Shown here: positions 39,395 through 52,157 of the stretch, in pieces
Layout of the letters: each line of letters starts with the position of its first letter
How positions within the stretch are numbered: position 1 is the first letter of the stretch
DNA from: Eledone cirrhosa
Taxonomy: Eukaryota
DNA: 64,000 nucleotides
NCBI GenBank assembly: GCA_964016885.1
Contig: OZ024741.1
Span: 94,302,001-94,366,000 of the forward strand
Direction of reading: 5' to 3'
Made by a program: the position numbers and the translations under genes
The notes under the pieces: model-generated
Told to the model about the DNA's origin: nothing
What the model saw: the letters and a program-made list of their open reading frames with translations, nothing else
Databases searched by the model: none

Positions 39395-40920
39395 CAATAA
39401 TAATAATAATAATAATAATGCTTTCTTTATTAACCACAAGGGTTTACACAAAGTAGACATTAAGGACAGTACAGGGCGGTAAAAATGGACATTTCTGCGT
39501 GTAAAAAAAAAAAAATAAAACAGGATGTAATAATAGAACAATGAAAAATTCCCCAATAGAGGGAGACTTCCGAGGGCCATCGTGGAGAAAGCCCATTAAA
39601 AAAAAACCACGGTGACCCTGACCACCAGGGCAATTGTCCTCTCCCAGTTTTCCACCTTTAATTTACAGACACATACTCAGAGTAGGTCCACTCACTCGGG
39701 TCATTCTTGCCTCTCTCACCCATCTTTCAACAAAAAGCTGGAAAGAGAGCACCTCCCTCTCTTCCCTGATTTTCCTTTTCAAATGAAATTGGAAAAAGTT
39801 AATCAGGGCATCACCGAAGAGGTAAGTGCTCGTCTTCAGCCCTTTCAGACACCGTCCACCATACTATCTCTTTCGCCATGGCCACCAGACAGATAAAAAC
39901 TGCCTGCCCTTCCCGGCTAAAGGAAGAGGGCGGGGAAATCCTCACGATGGAGTCAGCTGATAGTCGGATCCATTCTACACGCGACAGCAGGTGTTCGACA
40001 TAAACCCACAAGTCAGTAATGCTCGGACACTGGACGAGTGCATGCAGAACGGTTTCGTCGCCCTGCGCGCATCTCGGACATGCCGGCTGGCGGCACCTCC
40101 ATGCCTGTAGAGTTTATCCCGATCTGGCAAAGCTCCTCGGTAGCACTGCCAGGTCAGGGATTTCTGGAAGTTATCCATAGGCCCCGGCCCGAAAGTTCTT
40201 CCAATCAGAGATTGGCTAGTTGATTTTCGTCGACGCCTAGAGTTTCCCGAAGTACATCGTCGCTCGTCCCCTCCACTAATCCTCTATAGAACGCCAAGGT
40301 GGAGTTTCCACCGATCACATTGCCCGATTGGCCGAGGGCTGTGAGCGCCTGAAGACATTCCAGTCTCCAAGCGGTCCCTCTCGGTCTTCGCTTGACCCAG
40401 GACTGCAGCTCCGTCAAGGAGATGAGCTAGGGAAATACGTGTCTAGCAAACGGCGACCACACCTGATCACCGTCGAGGAAGAGGTGGAGATGTCGTAGCC
40501 TGAGCGCGTGTCTGCGCATCATTAGCCACGGCATGCCCAGCCCTCCACGTATTGGGTGTTGACAGCAGATGGACCGCCTGACCATCGGAGCGCGTCCCTT
40601 CCACAAAAAGCGAAAGAGCAAACGCTCCAGCGCAGTAAGGCGAGGTTTAGGACATGGCACGACGGTCAGGTGGTAGTAGATGACGGTTAGCCACCTCCGC
40701 TCGACCTTTCAGGGATAGCTTCCTCTCTGCCCATTTCTGGGTGAGAGAAGCGACCCTGCTCGTCACCTCGTCCCAGTTTTTGTCCGTCTGGAGGTCCGGA
40801 CCGAACCAGACCCCTAACAATTTAACTGGTCTGTCCGTCCAGCGCCCGACGAAGCTGTTGGACAGCATGGACCTGCCACTCCAGGTGCCGAGCTGCAGGC
40901 CCACCGACTTTTCCTGGTTG
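39395..40920 (-). mobile_element. Second Tx1-clade copy: ORF2 C-terminal part, 3' UTR and (ATT)n tail
   Basis: VKLLGVWFGPDLQ, GGLGMPWL, MDNFQKSL.WQCYRGAL; cccttgtggttAATAAA followed by (ATT)n. Confidence 0.9.
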
Positions 40921-43152
40921 TATATTCAGAGCGGTTCCGTTAACTCGGACCATTCTCGCTAACTTCACCCACCTTTCAACAAACTTGCTAGAAGTCAGCA
41001 CTTGCCTCTCCACCCTGATTTTCCTCTTCAAGTGAAACTTGAAAAAGTTAATTAGGGATTCGCCGAAGAGGAAAGTGTCTGTCTTTAACCCTTTTAACCT
41101 TTTCCCCCACACAATCTCTTTCGCCATGGCCACCAGGCAGATGAAAACCGCCTGCCCTTCATCCTCGAAGGAAGACGGCGAGACCATCTTCACAATGGAC
41201 TCAGTCGATAACCGGATCAGTCCTACACGCGGCAGCAACTGTTCGACATAGCTCCACAAGTCAGCAATGCTCGGCCACTGAACGAGTGCGTGCACGACGG
41301 TTTCGTCGCTCTGCGCGCATCTCAGGCAGGCTCGGCTGACGGCACTTCCGTGCCTGTAGAGCTTATCTCGAACCGCCAGCGCTCCCCGGTAGCACTGCCA
41401 AGCCAGGGATTTTTGAAAGTTATCCATAGGCCCTGGGCTGAAAGTTCTCCGGAAGAGAGCAAACAGCTGATCTTCTTCGACGCCCAGGATCTCTCCGAGA
41501 ATGTCGTCTCTCTTCCCCTCCACTAGTCCTCTATAGAACGCCGAGGTGGATGTTCCACCGATACTGGTGCCCAGCTGGCAGAGGGCAGTGAGCGCCTGGA
41601 GACATTCCAGTTTCCAAGCGCTATCCCTCGGTCTTTTTCTGACCCAGGACCGCAGCTCCGTCAAGGAGACGAGCTGTGGGAAAACGTGCCTGGCGAACGG
41701 CGACCACACCTGTTCACCGTCAAGGAAGCACCAGAGATGTCGCAGCCTCAGCGTATGTTTGCGCATCATCAGCCATGACATGCCCAGTCCTCCACGCAAC
41801 GGGTGTTGACAGCTGATGGATCGTCTGACCATGGGAGCGCGTTCCTTCCACACAAAGCGGAAGAGGAAGCGCTCCATTTTGGTGAGAGTTGGGCTGGAGC
41901 AAGGGACGAGGGTGAGGCGGTAGCAGATGACGGATGCGATGTACGCATTCGCTACCTCCGCCCGGCCTTTCAGGGACAGCTTCCTCTCGGCCCATTTCTG
42001 GGTGAGGGAGGCGACCCTGCTCGTCACCTCGTTCCAGTTTTTCTCCATCTGGAGGTCCGGTCCGAACCAGACCCCGAGCAATTTAACCGGTCCGTCCGTC
42101 CAACGCCCCACGACGCTGTTGGACGGCATGGACTTGCCTCTCCAGGTGCCGAGCTGCAAGCCCACCGACTTTCCCTGGTTTATCTTTGCTCCTGTCACCG
42201 CTTCGTATTCCTTGAGAGCGGTGCCGAGCATCTGGACGTGTCTGGTGCTCGACACCACCACGGTGATGTCGGCGAAAGCCGACTCGGATTTCCCGCATCC
42301 TAGTTCGCGTGGGACGCCCCTCATCGCCCCCAGTTTGTGCAGTAACGGCTCGAGAGCTAATACGTACAAGAGGGACGAGAGGGGACAACCCTGGCGGACT
42401 GAGCGCATGATGCTGAACGGCTGCGACAGGTGACCGTTCACCCTCACAACTGAGCAGATGTCGCTGTACATTGCTGCGATCCAACCCCTGAAAACGGGCC
42501 CGAAAACCGGCTGCCTCGAGGACTGCCGCCAGGTACCGATGGTCGACCCTATCGAATGCTTTAGATTGATCCAAGTTGATCAGGGCCCCACACGTGCCAG
42601 GTTCCTTAACCACCCTCTCTATGATGTACCGCATGAGGTGGAGGTTGTCGTGTATGGATCTGTCCGGAATGGCGCATGTATGCGCCTCTCCCACCAGACC
42701 CTTGACGACAAGCGCCAACCTCGTTGCTAACACCTTGGCCAAAATCTTGAACTCTGCGTTTAGCAGGGTTATGGGCCTGAAATTATCTATAACATCCCCT
42801 TGTTCGGGTCTTTTCTCAGCAGCGCCACTGCTCCCCGGCTCACAAAACTGGGAATGCTCCCGTTCTGCTGCCAGTTGCAGTAGACGTCTGCCAAGAGGTC
42901 ACCGAACAAGTCTGGCATAAATGCACAAAGCTCGTAGGGCACACCATCCAAACCTGGCGATTTACCCCTTGTGCAGTTAGCCATCGCTTCCCGTATTTCA
43001 CCGGCTGTTATTGGCTTTTCGCAACACTGTGCTGCGGTCGTCGAGAGCCGAGGCAGTCCGTCGAGGTATGCACTGAAGTCCATGCCCCGATCCGGGCGGC
43101 CCCCGCTCCCGAACAGCTCGGTTCGAACATCACGCACCCGTTTTGGTCAGAC
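40921..43152 (-). mobile_element. Third Tx1-clade copy: RT to ORF2 end, 5'-truncated, no 3' UTR
   Basis: KSPGLDG, LDQSKAFD, VRQGCPLS, FAD(-)I, CLRCAQSDETVVH; abuts (AAT)n at 43155. Confidence 0.9.
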
Positions 43153-43461
43153 AAAATAATAATAATAATAATAATTGATTTGTCGTTACATAGTTCTGTT
43201 TCGATTTTTTATTTTTATATTTTTTTTTTTTTTGTGAGGGTCACAAAACATTTTGAACAGTACTTTTATGAACGGATGCGGTGGGCGTAGGATGAGGTGG
43301 AAAGGGTGAAAGAGGAATAAAACCCTTTCAGGGTGATGTGGGAGGGGGCAAAGATATCAATTATGTCGCATCCTATTGTTATTTAAAGAAATTCACTATA
43401 AAAACAATAACAATGAACAAAACAGTAACAAGTCGAAATATAGATATTATCAGAGCTCACT

Positions 43462-43649
43462 AATAATTGTTTCTACTTTTGGCACAAGGCCAGCAATTAA
43501 CCAGTGTATTACTGGTACTTTATTTTATCGACCCTGCAAGGATGAAAGCCAAAGTCAACATCGGCGGGATTTGAACTCAGATCATAAAGGGCCGTAACTA
43601 TTTGCTGCATAGCATGGCGTCAGACCCTTTACCGATACTGCCAATCCAC
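43462..43649 (-). mobile_element. SINE family A
   Basis: Full reverse-complement match. Confidence 0.9.
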
Positions 43650-43938
43650 CTAATAATGTCACAAACACATATATACACTCAAACACACACACATACACTT
43701 ACACAGACACACACGCACACAAATACTGATAATAATACTCTTTATACAAAAAGACAAGCGTACGCATACTCGCACTTACACGCACACATATACATACTCA
43801 TCCATCCTCTACACAAACACACACACGCACATACACACACATACACACACAGGTACTCGGACTTACATTTCACTCGAACACACATATAGATATATTCGCT
43901 CTTACACCTTCCACACAAATATTCACACATACGCATAT

Positions 43939-44112
43939 CAGACATACCAACCTCCAAAACCCAAACGGGGAGTACCATGAAAAAAGTGCCCCAAAACGGG
44001 AAGAAATGAGGTAAAATGGGGAGATTTTACATAAAGAAAGCTATACCCATTTTCACAAGAGAAGACATCTCTTACCCACCCCAAAGTGGGTGGGAATTCT
44101 CCCCGTCGGACG
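43939..44112. mobile_element. Truncated copy of the 195-bp DNA element at 16574
   Basis: Colinear match including gaaagctatacccattttcacaagagaagacatctct; the right TIR is missing. Confidence 0.8.
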
Positions 44113-44685
44113 AGCATTCCAATTTAGTTATATATCCTGCACGGTCTGATGACAAGGCACAAACATCAGGAAGTGATTGATCTTGGAATTGATATGCATA
44201 TTGGCCCAATCCTCCCAGCCTCTATTGATATCGCCTTGATTCTCTATATGCCACGACAAAACCCAGGCAATTCTTCAGATTTATCATTTCTCCTATCATC
44301 TTCCCGTCATCAGCTAGTCTGGCACTCATTACCTTCATTTTAGAGTATACAGTGTCAACAATGTAACATCATACATAACATACTGATATATTGATCTTTC
44401 CCAACTCAAGCAAGATATTTCTCAAAACAATCAACTTTCGTAGTAGTGGTACCAACGCCAATATTTACAAAGGCAGCAAAAGTAGGCCTCTTTTCGAACA
44501 TAATGATATAAATTTTAGCGAAAAGTATAATCGATTATAATCGATTAAATTAACACTAGTGCTCAATTTGTCGACATGTTATTGACACCAGAAGGAGGAA
44601 AAGCAAAGTTTGCCTTGGTGAGATATTAAAGAATATAAAGTCTTTCATTTCAGCCAGTTTATCATTTCAGAAATAACATGAATAA

Positions 44686-44901
44686 TAATTGTTTATACTT
44701 TAGGCACAAGGCCAGCAACTCGGGGGGGGGGGGATGAAGTTGATTAAATTGACCCCAGTGTGTTACTGGTACTTTATTTTATTGACCCCGTAAGGATGAA
44801 AGGCAAAGCAACCCTCGGCGGGATTTGAGCTCAAAACGTAAAGGGCCGTAACTCTATGCCGCGAAGCAAGGTGTCCGACGCTCTACCAATACTGCCAATC
44901 C
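44686..44901 (-). mobile_element. SINE family A (long-tail variant)
   Basis: Full match with the G-rich gtcgattaaatcgac-type insert. Confidence 0.88.
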
Positions 44902-45123
44902 TAAGAATATTTTGAATAAGGATATTTTTCAAAATGATACAAAGTGAAAATAGCTGTCATATTTAAACACTGAGTCATGCCTCATAGGTAACCTATGTAT
45001 AACTAGGTGTATCGTTTACAAAGCCACAACAGGAAAAAGATTAGTATTGTGTCTCACATCGGCTTAAAACAAAACTTATTTAAGAGCTCATTGTACCAGC
45101 ATATAAGTTCTTTCTTATACAGT

Positions 45124-45268
45124 ATTTTCATTTTATTAAAGCAAAATAGTGAGTCTTATTACTCTAGAGTTTCACCTGTTTATCACAGGGTCATCTGATG
45201 ACCCTGTGATAAACAGGTGAAACTCCAGAGTAACAAGACTCACTATTTAGCCTTAATAAATTGAATAT
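45124..45268. repeat. Palindrome (~72-bp arms, axis at 45196) centred on a hammerhead core
   Basis: ...tttcacctgtttatcacagggtcatc-t-gatgaccctgtgataaacaggtgaaa...; the plus strand reads CTGATGA-cCCTG tgataaa CAGGt-GAAACTC ca GAGTA. Confidence 0.9.
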
Positions 45269-45324
45269 TTAGACTCCACTTCAGTATTGAATACTCATTT
45301 CGCTCAACCGTCAACCACATACGA

Positions 45325-45372
<48 letters not shown>

Positions 45373-45413
45373 ATGATATTAATAAATGAAAACTATATTT
45401 ATAAAACCATATT

Positions 45414-45474
45414 TATTCTATTATATATATTTCAAGGGTACCAAAACTTTGGTACGCCCTCATCAGATAAAATA
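45414..45474 (-). ncRNA. Type-I hammerhead ribozyme (left arm)
   Basis: Exact reverse complement of 45616-45676. Confidence 0.75.
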
Positions 45475-45615
45475 CAAAGTTTGTTTTATAAATATTGACA
45501 TATCCAGAAAGGAGATCTTAGCGGTTCAAGTTTTTCCTGGATAGACTATCCAGGAAAAACTTGAACCGTTAAGATCTCCTTCCAAGATATGTCAATATTT
45601 ATAAAACAAACTTTG

Positions 45616-45676
45616 TATTTTATCTGATGAGGGCGTACCAAAGTTTTGGTACCCTTGAAATATATATAATAGAATA
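45616..45676 (+). ncRNA. Type-I hammerhead ribozyme (right arm)
   Basis: TATTTTAT-CTGATGA-gggcGTACCA aagttt TGGTACcctt-GAAATATATATA-ATAGAATA: 8-bp stem I, palindromic (AT)n stem III and an overlapping AATAAA. Confidence 0.78.
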
Positions 45677-45809
45677 AATATGGTTTTATAAATATAGTTT
45701 CCATTTATTAATATCATTGATATTATACTCCAGAAAACTTGTCGAGTGCTTCGAATCAGTTATAAATATATATATTTGTTGAATTACCAACAAATTAAAT
45801 ATCCCTTTG

Positions 45810-45857
<48 letters not shown>

Positions 45858-46141
45858 AAAGAGATGTGTGCGTGTATGTGTTTATGTAAACACACACCAC
45901 GCACACACACACACACATATATATATATATTTAAATATGCATACATGTATCTCTCTCTTTCTCTCTGTATATATGTGTGTGTGTGTGTGTTTACACGTAT
46001 ATACTTTCCTTCAACCATTTCAAGCTAAATTCTACATAAATCTACGTAATTTCTTGTCTGTCAGTGTTAGTTAGTTAAATCTATATTTCTAAGGTATATG
46101 ATGCTCTAAAAGAAAAAAAACATGCTTTTCCTTCAAGTTTA

Positions 46142-47350
46142 CTGTTTATAGATTCTATAATAATAATTGCTTCTACTTTTGGCACAAGGCCAGGAATTTG
46201 TAGTAATGGAGAACGTCGATTAAATCGACCCCAGTGTATCACTGGTTCTTTATTTTAATGACCTCAGAAGGATGAAAGACAAAGTTGATAAAGCAGGATT
46301 TGAGCTTAGAACGTAAAGAGCTGGAGCAATACCACTAAGCATTTTTTACGAGGCTCAAACGATTTTACCAACCACTCTATAATAATAATGGTTTCTACTT
46401 TAGGCACAAGGCCAGCAATTACCCAGTACATTACTAGTACGTTATTTTATCGACCCCCGTAAGGATGAAAGGCAAAGTTAACCTCGGCGGGATTTGAACT
46501 CAGACTGTAAAGGGACGTAACTATGCTAGAAAGCATGGCGTCCAACCCTCTACCGATACTGCCAAATAATAATTGTTTCTACTTTTGTCACAAGGCCAGC
46601 AATTATTCCAGTGTATTACTGGTACTTTATTTTATCGACCCCGTAAGGATGAAAGGCAAAGTTAACCTCGATGTGATTTGAACTCAGTTCATAAAGAGCC
46701 ATAACTCTTTGCTGCAAATCATGGTGTCCGACCCTCTAACGATACTGCCAATCCATAATAAATGTTTCTACTTTTGGCACAAGGCCAGCAATAACCCAGT
46801 ACATTACTGGTACTTTATTTTATCGACCCCATAAGGATGAAAGGAAAAGTTAACCTCAGCGGGATTTGAACTCAGAATGGCAAGGGCCGTAACTCAATGC
46901 GTCAAAGCATAATCCATAATAATGGTTTCTTATATAGGCACAAGGCCAGCAATTTTGGGGGAAGGGAAAGTCGATTAAATCGACTCCAGTGTGTGACTGG
47001 TACTTTATTTATCGACCCCGTAAGGATGAAAGGCAAAGTTAACCTCGGCGGGATTTGAACTCAGAATGCCAAGGGCCGTAACTCTATGCGTCAAAGCATA
47101 ATCCATAATAATTGTTTCTATTTTTGGCACAAGGCCAGCAATTAACCAGTGCATTACTGGTACTTTATTTTATCGACCCCGTAAGGATGAAAGGCAAAGT
47201 TAACCTCGGCAGGATTTGAACTCAGAATGGCAAGAGCCGTAACTCTATGCGTCAAAGCATGGCGTCCGACCCTCTACCGATACTGCCAATCCACAATGGT
47301 TTTGATTTAGGTACAAGGCCAACAATTTGGGGGGAGGGAGAAAGTCGATT
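46142..47350 (-). mobile_element. Head-to-tail cluster of six SINE A copies plus one fragment
   Basis: Units begin at about 46142, 46385, 46570, 46760, 46920, 47108 and 47297, separated by short AAT repeats. Confidence 0.92.
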
Positions 47351-48682
47351 TATTAAAACATCAAAATCAACATGAGTAAGTCAAATAACGTTGTTAATAT
47401 TGGGTTTGATCAGTTGGAAGGTAGTATTTGTTGTTCACTCTCTCCTGGTGTTGTATTCTGTCAAATAATATTTATTATTTTAATCATGTTTATCATAAAA
47501 TATATGTAGTTTTGTTACTGAATGGTAGCTACAATTAGAGAACTGCCAAAAGATGAATGGTGGATCAAAATATAAAATGCGTACAAAGGTTTGTTGGGTT
47601 ATTTTTTCAGTAAAATGTATGAGATACTTCCAGATGAGATTTTTATTTAACAGAAGTTAACAGTGTGATCCATACTCAGCCCAGGCATATGTTGTCAAAA
47701 ACAAAGAGTATGCGTTTAGGAAATGCGTGCATCTGATCCAAAAGCTTGCTACAAAGTGAGCTCCACAAACGGAACCCAAGAAGTAAAAGTAAATAGTAGA
47801 ATTGAAATAAGTGGTGTGCTAGGTCTGCCACTTAAAAGAAGCAGTGTCTCTATGTTTCCTGATAGAGGAATATCTGGATATTATAACAAGTGTGGAACTT
47901 ATTCACATAAACGGTGTACTATCCGAATCGTTAAAACATAGTTCGAAATGACTTGTGACATTTATTCTGGCTCTCCACATTCTGCATTCAAAACATGCTA
48001 AAGTTACTTTGCTTTTCATCCTTCAAGTTCGATGAAATAAAGTACCGAACTAGTAGAATTGTTAGAGAATAGGACGAGATATCTTACGGGATATATTCCA
48101 GTTGTGTGTTCACGGTTGTTAAACTTGAACCGTCGTCTGATTTAACACCATCATCAAGTCTGCGGGTCTCTCTAGAGTGGTTCGCACACATGAGTGCTGC
48201 TTTCTCCTACTTGAGTAAGCGGTAAAGGAAAGACTATGAAAAAGTCTGTTGCGATTGCGGGCTTGTTAAGAACTCATTAAAATCTTATAAAATGGATTCT
48301 TAAACAGTCGAAAGTACGCATTATAAAGTTTTCCTATTCCGTAGAGATGATGCCTGAATGCGCAGACAGGACACAAACGTTTATCATCTATACTTGCAAG
48401 TTGAACAATATATCACTAAGAAACCGTGTGTAAAATCAAAGACAAAAGAATTATATTCCATTCAATTTTCAAACAACATGATCCGATTACAGACGAACAA
48501 ATCTTATTTCCAACTCCATCTGGTTTCTTTGATTGATCATTAATCTCATTTTATGTTTTCTTTTAGATTAGTTTTTTTAAAGAACAATAAGTAACTAGTT
48601 CATTTACAGATCAATATCTTCAAATGTATGTATGCGAATATATTTACACAAACATCTGCCCCCCCCCCTTCCTTCACCTTAT

Positions 48683-48698
48683 ATCCTCTCTCTCTCTC

Positions 48699-48736
<38 letters not shown>

Positions 48737-48983
48737 TCTTTCGCTTTCTTTCTCTCACTCTCTTTCTCTTTCTCTCTCACTCTCTCTCTCACACACACAC
48801 AATCTGCTTTTCTATCCTTTCTCCCTACCTCCCCAAAATTAGCATCAATATTTGTACATCTTTGTATGTACATGCGTACATCCGTATGTATGTATGTATG
48901 TATGTATGTATGTATGTATGTATGTATGTATGTATGTATGTATGCATGTATGTATGTGTGTATGTATGTATGAATGTACGTAC

Positions 48984-49014
<31 letters not shown>

Positions 49015-49075
49015 TGTATGTATGTATGTATGTATGCATGTATGTATGTGTGTATGTATGTATGAATGTACGTAC

Positions 49076-49106
<31 letters not shown>

Positions 49107-49221
49107 TGTATGTATGCATATAAATATATGCAATTACGTAAACATAATGCTTATACATCTAACTGAGCATATATGCACACACATATTCACATATATTTAT
49201 GTATATATCCATATACATATA

Positions 49222-49279
<58 letters not shown>

Positions 49280-49444
49280 ATATATACATACATACATATA
49301 TATTAATTTATATAAATATATATGCGTGTTTGTGTGTGTGTCCGTGTATGTGCCAAAGTATTTATGCATATGCGTCTAAACTCACACACACACACACACA
49401 TATGCATACACACACACACACACACACACAAATATATATGTATG

Positions 49445-49494
<50 letters not shown>

Positions 49495-49695
49495 TGTGCG
49501 CGCGCGAATGTGTATACATAAATGCATATACATACATGCATACATACGTACATACATACATACATACATACATACATACATAGATACATACACACATACA
49601 TAGATACACACATGCATACGTATATACATACATACATGCATACATACAGACACATACATACGTACATATACACATACATATATGCATACATACAA
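48683..49695. repeat. Compound microsatellites (CT)n, (TATG)n, (TA)n, (CA)n, (CATA)n
   Basis: Direct reading. Confidence 0.95.
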
Positions 49696-49861
49696 ATTAA
49701 AACAGCATTTATTTACAATTAATTTCAATGATAACAGCTGATTTCAGCTTGATTGTTAGAAAATACGTAATCAGTGTGGAATTACTTCTGGAAGACTACA
49801 GCATCAGCAGCAACAACAACCACAACAACAACAACAACACTATGAAGAACAACAACAGCTA

Positions 49862-50242
49862 TAACTGTTTCTACTTTTGGCACAAGGCCAGTAATTATCT
49901 CAGTGTATTACTGGTACTTTATTTTATCGACCCCGTAAGGATGAAAGGCAAAGTTAACCTCAGCGGGATTTGAACTCAGACCACAAAGGGCCGTAACTCT
50001 ATGCTGCATAGCATGGCGTCGGACTCACTACCGATACTGCCAATCCACCACCCTTCATAATTGTTTCTACTTTTGGCCCAAGGCCAGCAATTTATCCAGT
50101 GTATTACTGGTACTTTATTTTATCGACCCCGTAAGGATGAAAGGCAAAGTTAACCTCAGCGGAATTTGAACTCAGAATGGCAAGGGCCGTAACTCTATGC
50201 GTCAAAGCCTGGCGTCCGGCCCTCTACCGATACTGCCAATCC
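49862..50242 (-). mobile_element. Two tandem SINE A copies (49862-50050 and 50058-50242)
   Basis: Full reverse-complement matches. Confidence 0.92.
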
Positions 50243-50629
50243 CTCTATAGCTATAACGAAAGAAGGAACAATAACAATAACAACAACCACAAGAGTAGCA
50301 ACAGCAGCTATAATAATCACAGTAATCATCACAACAGTAATAAAAGCAGTAGAAATATGAAAATAAATACATATGGATACCAAAATTAATTACAATAGTT
50401 ACATAATTAGCTATAAAAAATACTGTGTCAATTTAATGAAGCTAGCTCGACATGCTAGTAAAAGCTTCAAATCAATCCTTACCATTATAAAATAAGAACT
50501 GACACATTGGTGATACTTCAAAGCCTGCATATATAAAACAGCTGGGACGGTCACATTTGTAATGTCATTGATCTAACTTGGGGTTAATCAGTAAAAACAT
50601 TAGTAACGGTTACCTTATACACATTAATA

Positions 50630-50770
50630 ACGGTTTCTGATTTAGGTACAAGGTCAACAATTTGAGGGTAGAGGAAAGTCAATTAAAACAACTTCAGTAC
50701 ATTACTGGTACTTTATTTATCGGCCCCGTAAGGATGAAAGAAAAAGCTAACCTCAGCGAAATTTGAAATC
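50630..50770 (-). mobile_element. SINE A long-tail variant, truncated and diverged
   Basis: ggtacaagg...ggtactttatttatcggccccgtaaggatgaaag. Confidence 0.75.
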
Positions 50771-51311
50771 ATCCAATCCAATCCAGGGCCTTGTCATTCC
50801 TGTTGGAGGAATCCCTCTTTGGTTGACCGCTACCGTATTCTATATGGTTTTGGTCATGTCAGGAGTGTAACCACACTTGGCCAATTGCAGATTGGGGAGG
50901 CTATTTAATCCATAGTTGGGATGGATGGCTGTTCTTGTAGTTTTGTGCTGCTGGAGTTCCACTTAACCTCGTCACCATACCAAGGTCAAGTGAGGGAGCC
51001 GGTTTAGTTACCGACCATTCGACAATGAAACAGGTTGTACTCGGTTTCATGGTACCAGTAGTAGGCAGAAGCCTGGCCTGGTCAAACCAGGAAGTACAAT
51101 TACTCTCTACATAAGGGAATCAAAAATCTAAATCAATTAAAAGCAAATTTACATCATATTATACACTTCATGACTAAACCCTTAGTTTAAAATATTTATA
51201 TCCTACTATGATGCACAATTCAGTTTTACAGTTTTATATTTGGTCTACCATGAAGTTTTCCTCTTGAATTGTGTAAACCACCTTCTGAAAATATATGTGC
51301 GGACCTGACAA

Positions 51312-51797
51312 AACAATAATAGTTGCAACACCAACAATAACAACATCAACAATAATTATTATAACAATAACACCAGCAATAACAACCTTAATAATAGCAA
51401 CAATAATAACAACAATTATAACAACAATAACAACTTCAACAACAAAAACAACAAGAACAATAACAACTTCAACAATAACAACAACAACAATAACAACAAG
51501 AACAATAACAACTTCAACAATAATAACAAGAACAATAACAACAAGAACAATAACAACAATAACAATAACAACAACAACAAAAAACAACAAGAACAATAAC
51601 AACTTCAACAATAATAACAAGAACAATAACAACAAGAACAATAACAACTTCAACAATAATAACAAGAGCAATAACAACAAGAACAATAACAACAATAACA
51701 AGATAAACAATAACAATAACAACAATAATAACAATGTCAATAATAACAATCTCGACAATAATAATGATATCATTAACAACAACAACAACAATAACGA
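51312..51797. repeat. (AAC/AAT)n low-complexity tract
   Basis: Direct reading. Confidence 0.93.
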
Positions 51798-52004
51798 TTT
51801 CTAGTAAAGGCCCAAGGCCAGTAATTTGGGGGAAGGGAAAGTCGATTAAATCGACCACATTAGGTTACTGGTACTTTATTTTATCGACTCCGTAAGGATG
51901 AAAGGCAAAGTTAACCTCGGCGGGATTTGAACTCAGACCGTAAAGGACTGTAACTCTATGTTGCAAAGCATGGTGTCTGACGCTCTACCGATACTGCCAA
52001 TCCA
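51795..52004 (-). mobile_element. SINE family A (long-tail variant)
   Basis: Full reverse-complement match. Confidence 0.88.
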
Positions 52005-52157
52005 CTGCCCTAACAACAACAATAATAAGAACATCAACAACATCAACAACATCAACAACATCAACAATAACAACAATAACAAGAGCCAACAAAGAAAACC
52101 AACAACAACGTCATCAGTAACAAGGCTGTTATATCGACAATGACAATGAGAGTAATA

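Larger units (their letters stand above)
45367..45723. repeat. Palindrome (~178-bp arms, axis at 45545), each arm carrying an HHR
   Basis: ...aagtttttcctggatag-a-ctatccaggaaaaactt...; only a handful of arm mismatches. Confidence 0.95.

Noticed and set aside
34457-43159. Plus-strand ORFs overlapping the Tx1 elements
   Set aside because: They are antisense shadows of GC-rich LINE ORFs.
44255-44320. Minus-strand CTGATGA...GAAA (similar case at 58149 +)
   Set aside because: No supporting stems I and II.
51234-51858. Leu/Val-rich membrane-like and Thr/Asn-rich ORFs
   Set aside because: They are translations of an (AAC/AAT)n tract.
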